Source: a virus. From it: 64,000 bases of DNA. Made by a program: the position numbers and the translations under genes. This document shows positions 25,350 to 36,084 of this stretch, piece by piece. The notes under the pieces are model-generated. The model ran no database searches. It had not been told where the DNA came from and saw only the letters and a list, made by a program, of their open reading frames with translations. The DNA is taken from the IMG/VR virus record IMGVR_UViG_3300027608_000024, positions 9,110 through 73,109 of that record. One strand, given 5' to 3'. Position 1 is the first letter of the stretch. Each line of letters starts with the position of its first letter.

Positions 25350-27977
25350 ATGGCAGATAAACCAATCATTGGCGATGATGGTGCAGTAGTATCCAAAAAC
25401 ATCCAAAAAGTAGAACGCGAAATGACGTCTGCCCTTAATAGGGTTCTTGACACTGTTGAAAAGCGCTTAGACAAAATTGGTCAGAAGTTTGCTGAAACAG
25501 TTAGTGGAGCAGTAAACGACTCTGCGGGTGGGAAAGTTGGTGGTGCTGGCACCAAAATTGCTGGTGGCATATTCCAACCAACAAGTTCCGCAATGGGCAA
25601 GGGTGCCGAATCTGGTGCGGAAAGTATTGGTGGAGTAGGTGGCATGCTTGGCAAGACCAAGATGATGGGTAACCTCAGTGCTACTGCAATGAACCGCATA
25701 AATATGGGTGTTACGGCAGTCAATATGGGCATTGACGCTGCAAACTCTAGGTTTGATCGTGGACGAGAAGGCGTTTTAGAAGCAGACCGTATGTCTGTGC
25801 TTTACCAGCAAATGACTGGTAAAAGTCAACTTGGTGTCAGCTCTACCTACAGAATGCCCCTTACCAACTACCGCCTAGGTGCAGGTGGTATTAATGCTTT
25901 GATGGGCTTAGAAGCCTCTACAGGCATCAGTGGTCGCCAACAGGCTTCAAGCGTTGAAGCTTTTCGTACCATGTCTGGTTACACCATGGGTGCTGGTGAA
26001 GCAACTGGAATGATTAACAACCTAGCAAGCGCCTCAACTGTAAACCGTATGTTTATGATGGGTGGAACATCTCTTGTTGGTATTGGCGGAAAACAAAACT
26101 CGGCAATGGATGTTATGAAGGGTATTGTTAAGTCAGCAGGACTTACTGACCCAGCAATCCTCAAAGGAGCGTTAGCTCCAGGTTCAATTACTCGTTCAAA
26201 ACTCTCAATGATGGGTGTACCTGAGGAAATGCAGACTCAGGCAATTCAGTATGCTATGCAAAACCAAACCTTTAAAGGTAAGGGTGGCAAAGGTATGTAC
26301 GACCCCAGCAAAGAAGCTGATCGTCGTAAAATGGGTATTGAGGAAAACTTTGCTACTCAAGTTGAAGAAACACAACGACTGGAGACAAAGCGTGACGAAA
26401 ACTTCTACCGTCGTCAAGTAGACAACTACGCTCATCTTGAACGACAAACTCAATCTTTGACTAAAATGTTTGGCGCTCTAGAAGACAAGCTATCTGGAGT
26501 TCTTGGTTTAGTTGGATCTAATAAAATTGCAACATCAATTTTTCAATCTGCAACGGGACCATTTGGAGACCCATCTGGCGGTGGAGACCCAGCTGGTATT
26601 CCTATGCCACAAAACATTTCTGCAGCGGCGTCAAAAACTTCATTTAACAATCTAAGCGCTCAATTTAAAGAACGCCTTACTAAAATGATGGCAGACAACC
26701 CAAATGTTACGTTTGGTCAGGGTGTTCGTTCATCAGCTGATCAGCGAACAATGTTCTTATCCCGTTATACCAAAACAAACTCTCCAACAAATGCTAATGG
26801 TGAAAAGAACTGGCAATGGGACGGCGCCTACTGGGAACACACAAGTGGAGCACCTGCAGCACCCCCAGGACGTTCTATGCACGAAATTGGACTTGCAGCA
26901 GACCTTGGTGGAGACTTGGATTGGGTTGTTAGGAATGCTCACAAATACGGACTAAAACACTTTGCAGATGTCAATGGAGAAAACTGGCACGTTCAACCCG
27001 CAGAACTCCCTAATGGTAGAGCTGCTTATGAAAAAATGGGAGCACCTTGGGGTAGGGGCCCTGCTGGCGCAGCTCCTTTTGATCCAAGCTCAAATTTTGG
27101 TGATTCATTAGATCACTCACCTAGAGGAAAAATGGCAGGTGGTTCTAGTACCTCCCAATCTTCTTCTAGTAGGAGTTCCAGTAGGAGTATGCGTGCTCCA
27201 ACAATTTCTGAAAAAGTAGCAGCAAAACTAAGCCCAATTGGTGCTGGTGGGTCTAGTGCTCCATCTGGACGAAGGGTTATATCTGGGCGCGTTAAAGGAG
27301 CTAGTGGCACTGATGTCATTACATCTTCAAACTTGCCTTTTGGTGGACAAGCACCATCTGGTGTAAGTATCACGCAATGGTCTACTGATTTTTTAAATAA
27401 AGTTGGAGCACCTGTTACAGAGTCAAACATTCAAGCAATGGCATCATGGATTGCTAGTGAAGGAACTAGAGCAGCATTTAACCCTCTTGCTGTAATCACT
27501 AATCCAGATGCTGGCGCTCTTGGTTGGACCGAATTTAACTCTGCTGGAGTAACAAACTTTACAAGTTACGAACAGGGTCTTGAGTACAACGTAAGGCACA
27601 TGACTAAACATGGTGTAGGTGTTATTAACGCTTTAAAAAATAAAAGCAATAACCCATACGACATTGCAACTGCTATTGAAAACGCAAGTTTTCAAGGCAA
27701 AGGATCACCAAAAAATACTCTTGTTCGCCAAAACTTGCAAGCACGACATGTACCTGAACCAACAACATCGGGAGACCCAGTGGGTACAAGAATGAGTGGG
27801 GGTAGTGGCGGAGGTGGAAGTGTTTCCCTTTCAGGTGGCCACACTTTTAACATCAGCCCAACAATTAATGTGTCTGGTGGGGGATCTGGTTCTCAAATTG
27901 ATTTGCAAAAGATTGCACATGAAATAGCAGTTCTAACTCGCCGTGAATTAGAACTTGAGATGTTGAGGAGTAACTAA
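25350..27977 (+). CDS. Tape measure protein with M15 peptidase and lysozyme-like domains
   Basis: GGAGG RBS; helical N-half; RSSADQ..SMHEIGLAADL..ENWHVQ; WIASEG..NPL..FTSYEQG. Confidence 0.85.
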   Translation: MADKPIIGDDGAVVSKNIQKVEREMTSALNRVLDTVEKRLDKIGQKFAETVSGAVNDSAGGKVGGAGTKIAGGIFQPTSSAMGKGAESGAESIGGVGGMLGKTKMMGNLSATAMNRINMGVTAVNMGIDAANSRFDRGREGVLEADRMSVLYQQMTGKSQLGVSSTYRMPLTNYRLGAGGINALMGLEASTGISGRQQASSVEAFRTMSGYTMGAGEATGMINNLASASTVNRMFMMGGTSLVGIGGKQNSAMDVMKGIVKSAGLTDPAILKGALAPGSITRSKLSMMGVPEEMQTQAIQYAMQNQTFKGKGGKGMYDPSKEADRRKMGIEENFATQVEETQRLETKRDENFYRRQVDNYAHLERQTQSLTKMFGALEDKLSGVLGLVGSNKIATSIFQSATGPFGDPSGGGDPAGIPMPQNISAAASKTSFNNLSAQFKERLTKMMADNPNVTFGQGVRSSADQRTMFLSRYTKTNSPTNANGEKNWQWDGAYWEHTSGAPAAPPGRSMHEIGLAADLGGDLDWVVRNAHKYGLKHFADVNGENWHVQPAELPNGRAAYEKMGAPWGRGPAGAAPFDPSSNFGDSLDHSPRGKMAGGSSTSQSSSSRSSSRSMRAPTISEKVAAKLSPIGAGGSSAPSGRRVISGRVKGASGTDVITSSNLPFGGQAPSGVSITQWSTDFLNKVGAPVTESNIQAMASWIASEGTRAAFNPLAVITNPDAGALGWTEFNSAGVTNFTSYEQGLEYNVRHMTKHGVGVINALKNKSNNPYDIATAIENASFQGKGSPKNTLVRQNLQARHVPEPTTSGDPVGTRMSGGSGGGGSVSLSGGHTFNISPTINVSGGGSGSQIDLQKIAHEIAVLTRRELELEMLRSN

Positions 27978-29716
27978 TGGGTTACCGCGAAGATGGAAAT
28001 TTTGGATTTATTGATCAATACCCAATCAGTAGTGGAATTACAAACCCAACTTTTACGTACCCTACTAGGGGTATTAGGTTTCTTGAAGCCCAAGCAGCAC
28101 TTGACAAAGTAAAAGATAGTTACAAACTACATCGTGGATATATTCGAAACTTAGACCAACCTGCTTTAGGGGCAGCATTTCCTGTAAGTAAATGTAAATT
28201 TCAATTTAATCCACAAGAAATTCGTCAAGATGTGTCAATGCGTGAAGACGTTTACCACGCAATTCTTCAAGACCCAGCCCAACTGACACAACCTATTGGT
28301 GCTGTTACTAGTTTTACTTTTGACTTAGTTTTTGATAGGTCTATGGAATTAGCAAAAGGTGGACCTGGAGCACTAGCAGTAGACCGCAATGCAAATTTAT
28401 TTGGAGAAACTAGTGAGTTTGACGTTTACGACATAGGTGTTCTTGCAGATTTGCGTGTTTTATATTCTGTAATTGGTCAAGGTTTTTCAAAAGAAATGCT
28501 TGCGTTTCAAATGGAATCATTAAAAAATTCTTATGAGTATGCTGCTGCAAATCAAAGTTCAGCCTCAGCAGGATCACCTGCTGCTGAAATTATTTACGAC
28601 GACGTAAAAATTAAAGACATTATGGAATCAAATTATGGTAACGCAGCATTTCTAATGCCAAACCCAGTACGTGTTTTGTTTTCTTCGTTATTTATGGTTG
28701 ACGGTTTTGTAACTGGAACTAGTGTTGCATTTTTAAAGTTCAATACAAACATGGTTCCAATGCAATGTAAAGTAACACTTTCAATGAGTGCTATGTACAT
28801 TGGGTTTGCAAAGCAAGATACATTTTTAACTAAAAATTTAGAAAACGCAGCTTCCGCAAAAACTGCAGCTGATGCAGAAACTGCTGCAGCAAAACAAGAA
28901 CTTAGTACTTCATTAGCTAAAACAATGGACAAATTCAAGTTTGCCACTGGTGGTCGACCAAGAAACGGTGCTGACACTTTTGGAGAATGGGATGATCCTA
29001 AACCACAATATGCACCGGCTTGGTTATACGCCATTAAAAATCCAATTTCAACCAATTTCACTAGCTCAGAAGCTGGTCTGTATAGAACTTTTTATACTGG
29101 ATTTCCAAGTGTTAAACCAATAGAAGGTGGTTACACAGTAAACGTAAATGGCGTTGAGACACGCTATGGAAACGATGTTGATTCAATTTTAAAACTTTAT
29201 GAGTCTGGGTCAAGCCCAACTATTACATATAACTGGACAATGAGTATTTATGGCCTAGGTGCAGGCGCAACGGCAGGGTTATCTGAATCTCAAGCAAGAA
29301 CTGCTCTTGCAGCTAAGTCTTATACATCAGGCACAACCTTTAAATTAATGGGATCTTATTCAGGATCAGAAACTGCCTCTTCTAAAGAGGAGTGGGGTAG
29401 TGGTACTTCTGAGCCAGGTTCAGGTGCTAAGAGAATTAGAAGAAGGACATACTTAACTTTTGGTGACGTTACCGTAGTCTCAAATACAGCACAAAGTGCA
29501 TGGATTGAAGATGACCATCGTGACCTTCCTTCATACTTTATGGAATCTTATTATATTGTTGATATTGATATATCTGTGTCAGCAAGTGCTTCATCAGAAG
29601 CATCCATAACTAGAACTGGCACTAAAAGCTTTGTTGTAAATGGGGAAAACCCTATTGGTGAACACAATTTTTATTTAAATTGGCTTGGCAACACTCCTGT
29701 AATAATTGTTGGATAG
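27977..29716 (+). CDS. Tube-initiator/baseplate protein (CIS-tube N-terminal-like domain)
   Basis: FQFNPQEI, FDLVFDRS, FNTNMVPMQC. Confidence 0.7.
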   Translation: MGYREDGNFGFIDQYPISSGITNPTFTYPTRGIRFLEAQAALDKVKDSYKLHRGYIRNLDQPALGAAFPVSKCKFQFNPQEIRQDVSMREDVYHAILQDPAQLTQPIGAVTSFTFDLVFDRSMELAKGGPGALAVDRNANLFGETSEFDVYDIGVLADLRVLYSVIGQGFSKEMLAFQMESLKNSYEYAAANQSSASAGSPAAEIIYDDVKIKDIMESNYGNAAFLMPNPVRVLFSSLFMVDGFVTGTSVAFLKFNTNMVPMQCKVTLSMSAMYIGFAKQDTFLTKNLENAASAKTAADAETAAAKQELSTSLAKTMDKFKFATGGRPRNGADTFGEWDDPKPQYAPAWLYAIKNPISTNFTSSEAGLYRTFYTGFPSVKPIEGGYTVNVNGVETRYGNDVDSILKLYESGSSPTITYNWTMSIYGLGAGATAGLSESQARTALAAKSYTSGTTFKLMGSYSGSETASSKEEWGSGTSEPGSGAKRIRRRTYLTFGDVTVVSNTAQSAWIEDDHRDLPSYFMESYYIVDIDISVSASASSEASITRTGTKSFVVNGENPIGEHNFYLNWLGNTPVIIVG

Positions 29717-29729
29717 GTAAGGATTAATT

Positions 29730-29972
29730 ATGGCAAATTACACAGTTTCAAGTAGGTACCGTTTATCTAATGGCGGTCGTACTGCCGACAGGGTTACTAA
29801 CAATGGGGGCAGTTACTACCAGTACACCTCACGTGATGGGGATACCTTTCCAATACTTGCTGCAAAAGTATTAAATGATAGTTCTCGATATTGGGAAATT
29901 GCTGACATTAACCCACAAGTCCAATGGCCAGATGTACTTCCAACAGGTACGGTATTAAGGATTCCAACATGA
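29730..29972 (+). CDS. LysM/tail-X-like baseplate protein
   Basis: GDTF..LA.......YWEIADINP......LPTGTVLRIP. Confidence 0.85.
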   Translation: MANYTVSSRYRLSNGGRTADRVTNNGGSYYQYTSRDGDTFPILAAKVLNDSSRYWEIADINPQVQWPDVLPTGTVLRIPT

Positions 29973-31135
29973 TAGTTCATAGTGGTAACCCTCTTTCACC
30001 AAAAGTTTTTGTACAAATAAATGGTGTTGAGGTTAACTACAATGCAATTACAAAAATTGTTATTGATTTAGCGGCAAACAAACATGATGTTGTTTCTTTG
30101 CATGTAGCTGGTATACCACCTAAGGCAATTACCGATTACATTGACGCAGCAGTTAGTGTAACTGTAACTTTAGGTCCGGGTAGAACAACTGAGTTTCGTG
30201 GTTATGTTCTTTATTTAGAGCCCGAAGCTATTAGCGGATCGTCAATTGTTAATAACAGCCCATTTCAATTGACACGTATTGTGTGTTTTGGTGCATCTTT
30301 AAATATGAAAGGCACTAAAACTAGAGTATGGGAAAATGCTTCTGTTGTAACCATTGCTAAAGATATGGCTGAAACGTATGGCTTTAGTTTAGATGTAATT
30401 GACGATGGTTTTAAATTACCTAGAATTGTACAAGCTAAACAATCTGATTGGGAATTTTTAAACACGTTTTGTGCTACTTATGGATATTCCATTTCTGTAA
30501 ATGCCACACATATGCATATTTGGGACCCATTTAAAGCTATTGGTAGAAGGCCATCGTATGAAACGCTTACTGCACCAATTGGCTCATCTACCCCATCCCC
30601 AGGTTCAATCCTTAAATTTAATGGAACTTTTGGGTACCTGACACCAGAAGGTGTTTCTTGGAACTATTCAGTTAACTCTATTGATGACACGGGAACGGTT
30701 AACACATCTGTAGGGGACCATACTGATCCAGAATTTTCATGGTCTGGTGTTGGCCATGGTTCAAAATATAACTCAGCTTTACGTAGTTCAGCTTTGTCGA
30801 TTGGTGAGGCACAAAAATTAGTTGCCGCTGAAATTCGTAAAAAATTACCATTTAATGCAGTACTAGAAACAAGCGCAACAATAGGTACAGTACCTGGTGG
30901 TATTGTTAACATTGCAGGTTACAAAACTAATTTTGAAGGATTATGGTATGTAAAAGCAGTAAAGCATACAATTGGAGGCTCCAGTTGTATGACAACTTTA
31001 AATATATCTAGAGATTTTAATACAACTTCTGAATACCTTGTTCCACCTACTGAATTAGCAGAAAGCCCTCCAGACTCAAAATACGTAAATAATAGATGGC
31101 AAAGTAGCGTTGAAAGAGTATTGACTTATGTATGA
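29969..31135 (+). CDS. Baseplate hub (gpD/gp27-like)
   Basis: FRGYV, QAKQSDWEFL, GLWYVKAVKH. Confidence 0.85.
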   Translation: MIVHSGNPLSPKVFVQINGVEVNYNAITKIVIDLAANKHDVVSLHVAGIPPKAITDYIDAAVSVTVTLGPGRTTEFRGYVLYLEPEAISGSSIVNNSPFQLTRIVCFGASLNMKGTKTRVWENASVVTIAKDMAETYGFSLDVIDDGFKLPRIVQAKQSDWEFLNTFCATYGYSISVNATHMHIWDPFKAIGRRPSYETLTAPIGSSTPSPGSILKFNGTFGYLTPEGVSWNYSVNSIDDTGTVNTSVGDHTDPEFSWSGVGHGSKYNSALRSSALSIGEAQKLVAAEIRKKLPFNAVLETSATIGTVPGGIVNIAGYKTNFEGLWYVKAVKHTIGGSSCMTTLNISRDFNTTSEYLVPPTELAESPPDSKYVNNRWQSSVERVLTYV

Positions 31136-31370
31136 CGGAATGAAACTTTACAGAGGTGTAGTTTCATACAGTGCAGGAACATCCGTGTACGTTCAAATAC
31201 CTGCGTTACTTGGAACAGCAGTTTCGCTGCCCGTGTCAACTATCATTAATGCACCGACAGTTTCTACTGGTGACCAAGTACTTGTTGCTGTAGAAGATTC
31301 AAAAATGTCAAATGTACACATAGTCTCTGGTCCAGGTTCTGGATCTGGAATTGACGGAGGTTCAGCATAA
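31128..31370 (+). CDS. Minimal central spike (gp5/gpV OB-fold only)
   Basis: YRGVV, VQIP.L, P....GDQVLVAVED; lies between the hub and gp25. Confidence 0.7.
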   Translation: MYDGMKLYRGVVSYSAGTSVYVQIPALLGTAVSLPVSTIINAPTVSTGDQVLVAVEDSKMSNVHIVSGPGSGSGIDGGSA

Positions 31371-31780
31371 TGAAATCAATAAAAATGCCTTTTAATTTTA
31401 GTGGTGGGCGTGTAGGCACAACGTCTTCTCCAACAGTTGCTGCTGAACAAAAAATTATTAATGTGTTGACTACCAATCAATACGAACGTGTTATGCGACA
31501 TCGTTATGGTGCAAATATTAATCAATTACTATACGAATCAATTGATGATCTCTCAATTGCTGACTTTATTGTTGACGCCAAACAAGAAGCCTCTGACAAT
31601 ATTAGTCGTACTGACATTTTAAATATAAAGTTAACCCCCCCAGATACTGTTGCGTCATATGGCAATAGTGAAACAACCTTAGGTATAACTGTTGTTTACA
31701 GGATTCCATTAGCAGCACCTCAGGTTGTATCCTTTAGGGTAGCAGCACCTGGAATTACTACTGAAGACACCTCAATTTAG
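31370..31780 (+). CDS. Baseplate wedge (gp25/gpW-like)
   Basis: IKMPF, LTT..YERVMR..YG. Confidence 0.88.
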   Translation: MKSIKMPFNFSGGRVGTTSSPTVAAEQKIINVLTTNQYERVMRHRYGANINQLLYESIDDLSIADFIVDAKQEASDNISRTDILNIKLTPPDTVASYGNSETTLGITVVYRIPLAAPQVVSFRVAAPGITTEDTSI

Positions 31781-31788
31781 GAGCAATC

Positions 31789-33237
31789 ATGGCATTGAAC
31801 ACACCTGGTTTTGACTTTGCAAGTCGTGACTACACAAATATTCGAAATGACTTACTGCTCCGAGCAGGACGCGTTACTCCGGAATGGGTTGACCGTGATC
31901 CTTCTGACTTTGGTGTACTTATGGTTGACTTGTGGGCCTATATGGGCGACATCCTCCATTATTACATTGACCGTGCTGCTGGGGAAGCCTTTGTTTCTAC
32001 TGCTACACAAAAGGAAAGCATGTTGGCATTAGCCAACTTATTTGATTACACTCCGTTTACACGAACATCAGCTACAGCAACTGTTTATGTTTCAAACACT
32101 TCTTCAGCTTCTGTGACCATCCCAGCAAATACCGTTTTTATTGGTGTTGGTGAATCTGACAATTTAGAATTCTTTTCTAATTCAACAGTTGTTATTAACT
32201 CTGGTGTATCCAACGTTGCAATTCCGGTAACTCAAGGAACAAAAATTGTTGAAGAAGTTTTGACAACTTCCGCATCTGGCCAGGTTGGACAAAAATACTC
32301 CTTAGCAAAAACTTCAGCAGTTCCAACAAGCGCGCAAGTTTATGTTTATGAAGATGGGGTAACACCTACTGCATGGAATAAAATTACAGATGTTGCCTTA
32401 GCCCCAACCTCAAGTAGTGTTTATTCAGTAAATGTAAATGCCAATAACGAAACTCAAATTGTATTTGGTAACAGGATTAGCGGTAGGGTTCCTCCAACAA
32501 ACTCAAAAATTACAGCAACTTATAACGTTACCAGTGGTGCTGCTGGAAATTTAAGTCAAAACAAAATAACTTCTTTTAAATTAGCGCAACCATTTGGTAT
32601 TGCAATCGTGTCTTCTAGCGCAGCAATTGGTGGAAGTAGTGGTGAGACTGTTGATTCAATTAAAACATCACTTAAAGCAGTTATTAAATCACAAAATCGT
32701 GCTGTAACACTTCAAGATTTTGTTGACCTTGCACTAATTATTCCTGGTGTATATAAGGCTGTAGCTAAGTACGACCCATCTCTAACTAGCGGTGGAAGTG
32801 TGACTGTATATGGATTACCATATATTTCTTCATACACTTCTTACTCAGCAGCTTCTGTTGGTGTCCCAGCTTCTGTTCAAAGCGAGATTGTGAGTAGCAT
32901 TCAACCTTTAGCAACTTTAGGTGTAACTGTTTTGGCGGGAAGTACAATTACTTTAGTCCCAAAAAATGTTAGTGCAACAATCTATGTTGATGAAAGCTAC
33001 GTTGCGTCTTCGGTTAGTTCAGCGGTATCTAGTGCTCTGGATGTTTTGTTTGAATTAAATGGAATTGAGTTTGGTGAAGATCTTAAAATTGGTGACGTTT
33101 ACAGAGCAATACATAACGTTGAGGGTGTTCTTTACGCCACTGTTACTGTTTCTGGTAGTTCTCCTACAAATATTCAATTAATTAAAAAAGGCACGTACAC
33201 CCTGACCACCTCCGGTGGCATTACTACATCGAGCTGA
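31789..33237 (+). CDS. Baseplate J/gp6-like wedge protein
   Basis: DFASRDY, PEW.D.DPSDFG, YYIDR, FGN..SGRVPP, RAVTLQDF. Confidence 0.92.
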   Translation: MALNTPGFDFASRDYTNIRNDLLLRAGRVTPEWVDRDPSDFGVLMVDLWAYMGDILHYYIDRAAGEAFVSTATQKESMLALANLFDYTPFTRTSATATVYVSNTSSASVTIPANTVFIGVGESDNLEFFSNSTVVINSGVSNVAIPVTQGTKIVEEVLTTSASGQVGQKYSLAKTSAVPTSAQVYVYEDGVTPTAWNKITDVALAPTSSSVYSVNVNANNETQIVFGNRISGRVPPTNSKITATYNVTSGAAGNLSQNKITSFKLAQPFGIAIVSSSAAIGGSSGETVDSIKTSLKAVIKSQNRAVTLQDFVDLALIIPGVYKAVAKYDPSLTSGGSVTVYGLPYISSYTSYSAASVGVPASVQSEIVSSIQPLATLGVTVLAGSTITLVPKNVSATIYVDESYVASSVSSAVSSALDVLFELNGIEFGEDLKIGDVYRAIHNVEGVLYATVTVSGSSPTNIQLIKKGTYTLTTSGGITTSS

Positions 33238-33238
33238 T

Positions 33239-35014
33239 ATGGCACGTAAATCTTTTACACTTCAAAAATTATCAGCAGAATATGGTAGCTATGTTCAGTA
33301 TCCATCGGGTACTGGTGCTGCTTCCGTAGGCTTAACGGTACGTACTGATGATGACTCAAGGCTTAAGTCAGACGATTTATTAGTTGCCCCAATTCTAAAT
33401 ACTCCAGTTAGGTCTGGATCACTTTTACCTTACGCATCGTTTTTTTCCGCAGAGGTTAGTGACTACGAGGAAATTATCCTTACATGGGATGCCCCTCTTA
33501 ACGACCTTAGTTTGGCGCCAACTAGCTCAACAGTAGTAGCTACTGCTTTGTTAATTGCTTATTCAGAAGATGGGGAGCCACCAACAGTTAGTGATGGAAC
33601 TGTCATTACTTCTGATGCAACTTCAAAAATTTATTACCATAAAGTCCCTTCTGGCAAATGGGCTTATTACACAATGTTTGTAAAGTTTGAATCACGAGAT
33701 GGTGATCTGTATTACGAACCAACTGCAAAACTTGCTGTTTTAACGCCAGCAAAATATAACAGTGTTGATGATCTGTATAGGAAGATTCCAGAGTATTACC
33801 GAACCCTTGATGACAATATGTCAACAGGTCTTGGTGGCCCACTTTACCGTTACTTAAGTATTTTTGGATTTGAAATTGACAAAGTTCGGACAGAGCTTGA
33901 CTTCATGATTTCAATGAAAGACCCACAGCTTGCTAACAGCGAAGTGCTTGATTATCTTGCACAAGACCTTGGAGTTGACCTACGCGCACACGAACTTGGT
34001 TCAGCACGTTTACGTAGTCTCATGAACATTATTGGTTATCTTCGCCGGTCTGAAGGAACCATTGGAAGCCTTGAGTATGCAATGCAGGCAATAACTGGGT
34101 CTGATATTGAAATTGATACAGTTAATAAAGTAGTTAAAGTTTTTGCACAAAGAGTGAACCTCTTAAAAGACCCAAACCTAGAACGAATCATTGCTGGTTT
34201 GTTTGACGGTGGTTCGCCATCCTCGTCTACTTTTTCTCTTGAACTAGACGCAGGTATTGCTAGTACTTCTACTTTTACAACAACATATGAAGGTGGTACT
34301 CCTTCTGCTACTGGAGGATCAACTGTTGGAAACGAACTTTGGGGATACATCCCAGATTTAACTTCTGGTGGTTCAGTTAATGTTTTGCAAACAACCTCAA
34401 ATTACATCTATGTAATTGCTAATGATGACCTTTATTTCTCTGTTCAGGCAGGAACAATTTCACCAGCACAGAACAGTATTATAAAAGTTGCTTTGTATAA
34501 AGATGCACCATATGGCAACGTTAGTCCTGCTCCAGTGCTTGTAGCACAGGCAACCACAGCAACAACGGTAGCTGGTATTAAATATTGGAGGCTAACTGTT
34601 CCTTCAACCTATACTTCTTACACACCTGTGTATTTTGCAATATTTCAAGAATCTGTTGTTGATGCACAACAACACTTTAATTACATGTTGTTAGAGCGCG
34701 CGGCAAATGGCAAATACTTTGATGGAACCACATCTTTTGGTGGTTGGCTTGTAGACGGAAATACTATTTCTGACTACAGGTGGTATAACCCAGTAGCACC
34801 AAACGGCGCTTCACCTGGACTACCAATTGAAAATTTTTCTGTGTACAACTCTAACTACCAAAAGACACGAGCAGTAGCAAATAGGTTTCTAACCAACCTG
34901 TTACCAGTAACACAACTTACAACTGGAACTGCTCCAGTGTATAGTAACGGCACTGTCCCAGATCCAGAGTGGACTATTACGTTTAACCATATACCAGGAG
35001 TAACTTACCCATAA
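33239..35014 (+). CDS. Baseplate/tail protein with P2 gpI-like domain
   Basis: LYRKIPEYY...LYRYLSIFGFEID...LDYLAQDLG...RRSEGT. Confidence 0.75.
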   Translation: MARKSFTLQKLSAEYGSYVQYPSGTGAASVGLTVRTDDDSRLKSDDLLVAPILNTPVRSGSLLPYASFFSAEVSDYEEIILTWDAPLNDLSLAPTSSTVVATALLIAYSEDGEPPTVSDGTVITSDATSKIYYHKVPSGKWAYYTMFVKFESRDGDLYYEPTAKLAVLTPAKYNSVDDLYRKIPEYYRTLDDNMSTGLGGPLYRYLSIFGFEIDKVRTELDFMISMKDPQLANSEVLDYLAQDLGVDLRAHELGSARLRSLMNIIGYLRRSEGTIGSLEYAMQAITGSDIEIDTVNKVVKVFAQRVNLLKDPNLERIIAGLFDGGSPSSSTFSLELDAGIASTSTFTTTYEGGTPSATGGSTVGNELWGYIPDLTSGGSVNVLQTTSNYIYVIANDDLYFSVQAGTISPAQNSIIKVALYKDAPYGNVSPAPVLVAQATTATTVAGIKYWRLTVPSTYTSYTPVYFAIFQESVVDAQQHFNYMLLERAANGKYFDGTTSFGGWLVDGNTISDYRWYNPVAPNGASPGLPIENFSVYNSNYQKTRAVANRFLTNLLPVTQLTTGTAPVYSNGTVPDPEWTITFNHIPGVTYP

Positions 35015-35268
35015 TGCTTTTCTTAATCTGTTCCCTTGCTGTTTATAAAACTGTACAAACAATTGATGCGCTCTTGCCAAAAGAACCAATGCCATGGGTA
35101 AAGCTTTTAGCAAGCATCGCACTTGGTTATGGTGCTGCTGCAATCTGCCAACTTGATGACTTAATAATTTCAGGTTTAGCTGTCACGGCGGTTGCGGGTG
35201 GGGTGCACACCCTATTAAGATTACTTACGCTAGCGGGTGATCTCGCTCAGCGTAAGAACCTACGATAG
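35014..35268 (+). CDS. Small membrane protein
   Basis: 84 aa with 2-3 hydrophobic segments. Confidence 0.65.
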   Translation: MLFLICSLAVYKTVQTIDALLPKEPMPWVKLLASIALGYGAAAICQLDDLIISGLAVTAVAGGVHTLLRLLTLAGDLAQRKNLR

Positions 35269-35276
35269 GAGAAACC

Positions 35277-36008
35277 ATGAGAGAAGCATATGGTGTTGTT
35301 GGTGCTGGAGTTGCACCACGCAAAGTTATTGAAGCTGGATTAAATGACATTGGTGTTTCATCAGTATTTATTATCCCCTGGTATGGAAAAATGACAGACG
35401 GTTTAGAAGTTGTCTACGACTGGGTATTGGACAACGGAGCAATCTTTTCAATTGTTGCAAAAGATGAAGTTAAAGATCCCCCTAAAGTTTTAGCAAGTAA
35501 AGCAACCTCAGTAATGGTCGTTCAAGATGTTGACGCACACATTGTGCGCACACTTAAAGAGCGTGAAGTACAAGGTATGGTCCTTGTGCTATGGGACCAA
35601 GACAAAGAGAAATACTCTGTTGAGGTTGCCTCAATGGCCATTGACCTCAAGCTTCCTACTTTGGAACTTACTAATGGGCTTGTTCCTATTATCTTGAATG
35701 ACTCAGAAGAAACAGTTATTGAAGATGAAATGCCAGATCTTGGCGAAGCTTCATATGATCGTGAAACTCTTGAGATGATGCCCTCAGCACTAGTTAAGCG
35801 CATGGCTAAAGATAAAGGGCTTACTCCAAAGTCAAAGGAAGAAGCAGTTGAGATGCTTTCCCCAGCTGATCAGAAGCTTGACGAAAAGAGTTTAATTGGT
35901 TCCGTTATCTTCTTGATGCGTGACGGCTCAGAGGTTGGGTTCAATGGAACTCAAGAGTTACTTCAAAAGATATTTGATGTCGTGTCAGAGCACACTAGTG
36001 CTTGGTGA
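35277..36008 (+). CDS. Hypothetical protein (Rossmann-like N-terminus, Rho-N/HeH-like motif)
   Basis: AGGAG RBS; YGVVGAG; LEMMPSALVKRMAKDKGL. Confidence 0.65.
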   Translation: MREAYGVVGAGVAPRKVIEAGLNDIGVSSVFIIPWYGKMTDGLEVVYDWVLDNGAIFSIVAKDEVKDPPKVLASKATSVMVVQDVDAHIVRTLKEREVQGMVLVLWDQDKEKYSVEVASMAIDLKLPTLELTNGLVPIILNDSEETVIEDEMPDLGEASYDRETLEMMPSALVKRMAKDKGLTPKSKEEAVEMLSPADQKLDEKSLIGSVIFLMRDGSEVGFNGTQELLQKIFDVVSEHTSAW

Positions 36009-36023
36009 CCTAACCACATAAAA

Positions 36024-36051
36024 GAAAAAGCCCCCGCAAGGGGGCTTTTTC
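36024..36051. terminator. Bidirectional intrinsic terminator
   Basis: GAAAAAGCCCCC-GCAA-GGGGGCTTTTTC between convergent genes. Confidence 0.92.
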
Positions 36052-36084
36052 ATTTGCAATGGTAACTACCATTTATTTAAGACT

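Noticed and set aside
22204-35014. Bacterial eCIS/tailocin locus
   Set aside because: Sheath, tube and baseplate resemble contractile injection systems, but terminase, portal, capsid and replication genes show a complete phage.
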